The position numbers and the translations under genes are program-made. Below, one piece after another: positions 56,765 through 64,000 of a stretch of DNA of 64,000 nt. Under the pieces are notes generated by a model. It was not told the DNA's origin. It saw only the letters and a list, made by a program, of their open reading frames with translations, and ran no database searches. Source of the stretch: the human T2T-CHM13v2.0 reference genome, Homo sapiens; assembly GCF_009914755.1 (NCBI RefSeq), contig NC_060942.1; one strand, given 5' to 3'. Position 1 is the stretch's first letter. The number at the start of each line of letters is the position of its first letter.

Positions 56765-57305
56765 TGAGAGATGAAGCCAGCTGGACTTCTGGGTCCTGTG
56801 GGGACTTGCAGAACTTTTCTGTCTTACGAAAGGATTGTAAAATGCACCAATCAGCACTCTGGTACTAGCAAAAGGATGGTAAAATGCACCAATCAGCGCT
56901 CTGTAAAACGCACCAATCAGCACTCTGTAAAATGCACCAATCAATACTCTGTAAAACGCACCAATCGACGCTCTGTAAAATGCACCAATCAGCAGGAGTC
57001 TAAAAGTAGCCAACCGCAGGGAGGATTGAAAAAAGGGCATTCTGATAGGACAGAAATGGAACATGGGCAGGGACAAATAAGGGAATAAAAGCTGGCCACC
57101 TCAGCCAACAGTGGCAACCCCCTTGGGTCCTCTTCTACTTTGTGGAAGTTTTGTTCTTTTGCTCTTTACGATCAATCTTGCTGAGGCTCACTCTTTGGGT
57201 CTGTGCCACCTTTAACAGCTGTAACACTCACAGCGAAGGTCCACGGCTTCCTTCTTGAAGTCAGCCGGTCCATGAACCCACCAGAAGGAACCAACTCCAG
57301 ACACA
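56765..57305 (+). mobile_element. LTR12-family (ERV9; LTR12F-like) solo LTR
   Basis: tgagagatgaagccagctggacttc start; repeated gtaaaa(t/c)gcaccaatc units; ends ccagaaggaaccaactccagacaca; 4-bp TSD gcaa/gcag. Confidence 0.92.
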
Positions 57306-58869
57306 GCAGTAGGTTCTTGTTCTATAGACTTTTGCTTTTGTTACAGAGATTTAATTCATTTTATTGAATTAACAGGTTTCCATTTGCTTTATGTCCTTAT
57401 GACATTTTCTCAAGATTTTAAATATTTTTATTCTTGGTTTTTTTTTGTTGTTAATTATTTTCGAGTTACATAGCTGCACTGAGTTCCTCACGCAGTCATT
57501 CTGGCAGTCCTAATATGTATTATTGTTATGGTGCCAAACTGCAATTTTGTTTTTATCTTTGACAAAATATTTATATGGGAAAGAAGTGTGTGCTTTGTTC
57601 TGTTTTTTAACTTCCAAACAGTTGGGCTTTCATTGTTTTAGCTTGTAATTTTTCATATTGATGTTAACGCTCTATTTTATTTTATGATGGAAAATAATGT
57701 TTTCTTTCCTGAAATTAAGTTTAAATATTTTCTGTCATCTACTAAATGATAATATGTGCTGTATTTGGGAGGGAAGGATATTTGCTTTGTTTTTAAAATG
57801 AGGAACAAGTTGTCCAAGAAAGAGAAAGAACATTTAAGTTGGCAAGATACTCACTGATAAAAAGCCCTCAAGCCAACAGCAGGTTTCATCACAAACTAAA
57901 TTTCAGAAAATCTCAACAAGGGCTTGCTTTGCTAGTAAATTCTCACCAAGAGGCAGGTCATCTATGACTGACACAGCATCAATTTTGTAGAAAATTGATG
58001 GTGTACTAAATGGTGATAGATCATTTTCTTTCTAGTCATTATTATTATAACACAGAAGCACAAAGTCATGGAAGAGCATAAGAAGAAAGGAAAAGCTATA
58101 CATTAACATGTAGCTTTTTGTATTAGCTAAATTATTGCAGTTGATGATATAAATGTGTGTTGAGCAGGCATGTGTTATTATTGCCTTGTAATATGCCAAA
58201 GAGTATCACTGTAAAATGTGAGCTGATGTTAAAATATCCATTATACCTGTAAGAACATTCATGTACTATGAAATGGTAAAAAGACAGAACAAGGTAGTTA
58301 CAATGGCGTTACTAAGAATAATATTCTGTAAATAGAGTTTTTCATTCAAAGAACAAAAATGAAAAGAAGGAGCCGTTTCACAGAACCACCAAGATATTTT
58401 ATTTTTCTTTAGTTTTTTTGGGCTATGAAATTGTATGGCCTTTGGTGGGGCTGGAATTCTTGTAACCTTCCACAGAGCATAGTGGGAGAGACTGGTATTA
58501 TCTATTTGCAACTATGCATCCAAAGCCTGTTGTCCTATCTTATTGTTAAGGATAAAAACTCACTTGGACCAGAAGCTTCAATGGCCAAATCACCAAGAGA
58601 ATAATTTCTCTTTGAGCCAAACAAAGGCATGTCACCAGGCATGAGGCCGTGGGGTGGGTAACCTGATAATTGACAGCATGCCCTTGGGTGTGAAGGGCGA
58701 AAGTACAAGGTCACGTTTGGTGTTAGCCTAAGATAGAGCTAAAGAAATATGATTGGCATTTTTTGTTTTATATCTCTCAAAATGAAGACAATGAATGTTG
58801 AAGAAATCGCTAAATTCAGATAATAAATAATGGGTAAAAAAATCTGAAACAGAACTGGCAGCTTCAAAA

Positions 58870-59130
58870 CCAAGCAGAATGGCATTAAGGTTCAAAGCTT
58901 AGGCTTGGGGGATCCACTACCTGAGTTAGGATCCTCAGGATCCTAAACCTTACCCCCTTATTCACAGGATCCTGGAGCAAAATATTTTACTTTTTTATGA
59001 TTTTGCTCTGTCACCTATAAAATGGGGCTATTAATAAGGTTGTTGTAATGGATTAAATAAATATATCCAGGTAAATATCTTTGAACAATTTTAGGAATGT
59101 GGTAAGTATTCAATGATTCATAGCTGTCAG
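58870..59130 (+). mobile_element. MIR
   Basis: cacctataaaatggggctattaataaggttgttgtaatggattaaata...gtaagtattcaat. Confidence 0.7.
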
Positions 59131-59520
59131 CAGTCTCATCATTGTCACTACAATACTTTATCAACCACCACTAGAATTCTCCTAAATAAATGAATTAATT
59201 TCATTTTAAAAATAGATGGTTTAAGACATGAGGCAAATATCTCCTAATAGAGGGAGCTGCCTAGGGATAAAGTTTCAGGCTTATATTAAGGCAGAACAAT
59301 CATCATATCTGTTCAGGATTCCCAAAGAGAAATCACCGTGGATAAGTAATCACTTTAAACCATAATCAGTTTAAATGTAAACATAGAGTCTTACAAAATG
59401 CCAATATAAATGAAAATTAAAATGTCTTAAAATTAAGCAGTCCACAGTATATGTGACCTCCTGTAAAGGGCTTCAATCCCAAAAAAGGGAGTAGGCAGAG
59501 TCCTCATTTTTTGGTTGTGA

Positions 59521-59815
59521 TTTCTTTTTTATTTATATATATACTTCAAGTTGTAGGGTACATGTGCGCAACGTGCAGGTTTGTTACATAGGTATACGTG
59601 TACCATGTTGGTTTGCTGCACTCATCAACTCGTCATTTAGATTAGGTATTTCTCCTAATGCTGTCCCTCCCCCAACCCCCTACCCACTGACAGGCCCCGG
59701 TATGTGATGTTCCTCGCCCAGTGTCCAAGTGTTCTCATTGTTCAGTTCCCACCTATGAGTGGGAACATGTGGTGGTTGGTTTTCTGTCCTTGTGATACTT
59801 TGCTGAGGATGATGG
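59521..59815 (-). mobile_element. L1PA 3' end (~295 bp)
   Basis: gggtacatgtgcgcaacgtgcaggtttgttac...; TSD ttttggttg(t/a)gattt. Confidence 0.93.
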
Positions 59816-59885
59816 GTTTTGGTTGAGATTTTTATCCTCAAGCATGAAATACAATAATAACTTAAGACCTTAACAGTATAGTTTT

Positions 59886-61609
<1,724 letters not shown>

Positions 61610-61725
61610 AACAGTATAGTTTTTAAATCTTCATGTCCTAAATTTGCCTAAAGAAACATTTAAAAAGCAATGAAGTATGTAAAACTCATTTAGGCACAAG
61701 TCTGCCTGTCAAAAAGAATGATTTT

Positions 61726-62455
61726 CCAAAACCACAGTGAGATACCATTTCACACCAGGCAGAATGGCTATTAATAAAACATAAAAAAACAACAGATGGT
61801 GGGGAGAAAAGGGTATGCTTATACAATGCTGGTGGGAGTGTAAATTAAGTCAGCCATTTTGGAAAGCAGTGTGGTAATTCCTCAAGGAACTAAAAACAGA
61901 ATTATTATTTGACCTAGCAATCTCATTATTGGGTATATACCCAAAGGAATATAAATCATTCTACCATAAAGACACATGCACACATATGTTCATTAGAGGA
62001 CTATTCACAATAGCAAAGACATAGAATCAATCTAAATGCCCATGAATTGTAGACAAGAGAAAGAAAATGTGGTACATACACACCATGAAATATAATGCAG
62101 CCATAAAAATTAACAAGATCATGTCCTTTGCAGCAGCAACATGGGTAGAGCTGGAGACCATTAACCTTAGCAAACTAACACAAAAACTGAAAAACCAAAT
62201 ACCACATGTTCTCACTTATAAGTGGATGCTAAATAATGAGAACACATGGACACGAAGAGGGAAACAGATACTGGTGCCTAATTGAGGGTAGACGGTGGAA
62301 GAAAGGAGATGATCAGAAAAAATATCTATCAGGTACTATAATTAGTACTTGGGTGATGAAATAATCTGTACACCAACCCTCTGTGGCACAAGTTAACCTA
62401 TATAAAAAACCTGCACATGTACCCACATGAACTAAAATAAAAATTAAAAGAAAAA
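61726..62455 (+). mobile_element. L1PA15/16- or L1PB-type 3' fragment
   Basis: aaaaccacagtgagataccatttcacacc...aaacctgcacatgtaccc...aaaataaaa; aatgatttt flanks. Confidence 0.9.
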
Positions 62456-62966
62456 TAATGATTTTTTTATTCCACATGATTTTCCTCTTTCCAGTGGAGC
62501 TTTCTTCTATCAAGAGTTATGCACTATCCTTCAACACCCTCCAATCCACTTAGAGAAAACCTGGAGACATATCGAAAATGAGTCCCATGTCATGAGTACT
62601 ACGTGTCCCATATTCCTAGAAAACTCCATGACTTGGTCTTTATGTCCTGGCATTTTTAGCCTTGGATGTCTATGAGTTCAAAATGGTCTGTCTGCCAGTA
62701 TGATATACCTAAGATAAAATGGTCCTATCACCTGTGAAATTCCATAGAGGCACCTGTTACATGGAACCATTTTTAGCTTCTAGAATTGTCATTCTTCATC
62801 TATAGTGGGCATTGAAATCACTGGGAGTCTGGTTACAATGGCATATTTTAAAGTTGGCTCTTAGGGACTCCAATCTAGGAAGTCTGATGTGATTATCTGA
62901 AACTTTGCCTTTTCAACATGTGTCAGAGGTGATCCTGACCTCTAAATGGTCTAAGGACCAGACCAA

Positions 62967-63636
<670 letters not shown>

Positions 63637-63660
63637 CCAACTAGCTAAAACTATGTTTTA

Positions 63661-63663
<3 letters not shown>

Positions 63664-63701
<38 letters not shown>
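63664..63701 (+). repeat. (GT)19 microsatellite
   Basis: Uninterrupted GT run. Confidence 0.97.
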
Positions 63702-63704
<3 letters not shown>

Positions 63705-63739
63705 GCATCCACACTTTACCATGTTGCTTTCTTTCATTC

Positions 63740-63998
63740 TCCAATGCCTTTCCTGAGTCCACTCTTTAAGACTCAAGTCATTTATCTATTCCTGAATTTA
63801 CCTATCCCTCCCCAGTCTGCCCTAGAAGAATTATCAGAATATAATGAACAGCTTTTTATTTATCCCTTGTATTATTTTATTTATTTGCATACCTGCTTTC
63901 CAACTAGTACCTGACCTTTTCAGAGGCAGTAACTCTATTTCATTTTATCTAAATTTCTTTAGGATCAAGCACAGTGAGTGGCATATGCGATGCTAATA
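63740..63998 (+). mobile_element. L2 3' end
   Basis: ctctttaagactcaagtca...cttttcagaggcagtaactctatttcattt...cacagtgagtggcatat. Confidence 0.55.
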
Positions 63999-64000
63999 AC

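Noticed and set aside
57977-58000. catcaatttt-gtag-aaaattgatg hairpin
   Set aside because: AT-rich 10-bp arms are expected by chance in 64 kb and are too short for a pre-miRNA.

Overview
AT-rich, CpG-poor, non-coding primate DNA, either intergenic or deep intronic. AluY and L1PA2/3-type elements point to human or a great ape. I find no protein-coding exon, RNA gene or CpG island. The ORF track is explained by Alu, L1, LTR and simple-repeat sequence or by chance; the only protein-like ORFs are L1 fragments, the clearest being ORF2 at 60691-61479. Roughly half the window is recognisable interspersed repeat: about 13 Alus, many L1 pieces (two 5'-inverted with TSDs), L2, MIR, MaLR/ERVL/ERV1 solo LTRs and hAT/Tigger MITEs, often nested. 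The most unusual features are local copy events: (i) a perfect 3 x 109-bp tandem triplication at 14939-15268; (ii) a near-perfect hairpin with 56-bp arms built from a MIR fragment at 27136-27256; (iii) a 312-bp segment duplicated 2.84 kb away (42950-43261 vs 45793-46103), whose junction filler is made of reverse-complement copies of the donor flank; (iv) a perfect 32-bp palindrome at 51055-51086; (v) a 24-unit 31-bp alternating purine/pyrimidine minisatellite at 32229-32991. Repeat-free blocks rich in homeobox motifs (about 19.4-20.3 kb and 33.6-33.8 kb) are candidate conserved enhancers. Subfamily names come from remembered consensus sequences, and the boundaries of old repeats are approximate. 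I cannot support a claim of a new multi-component biological system.
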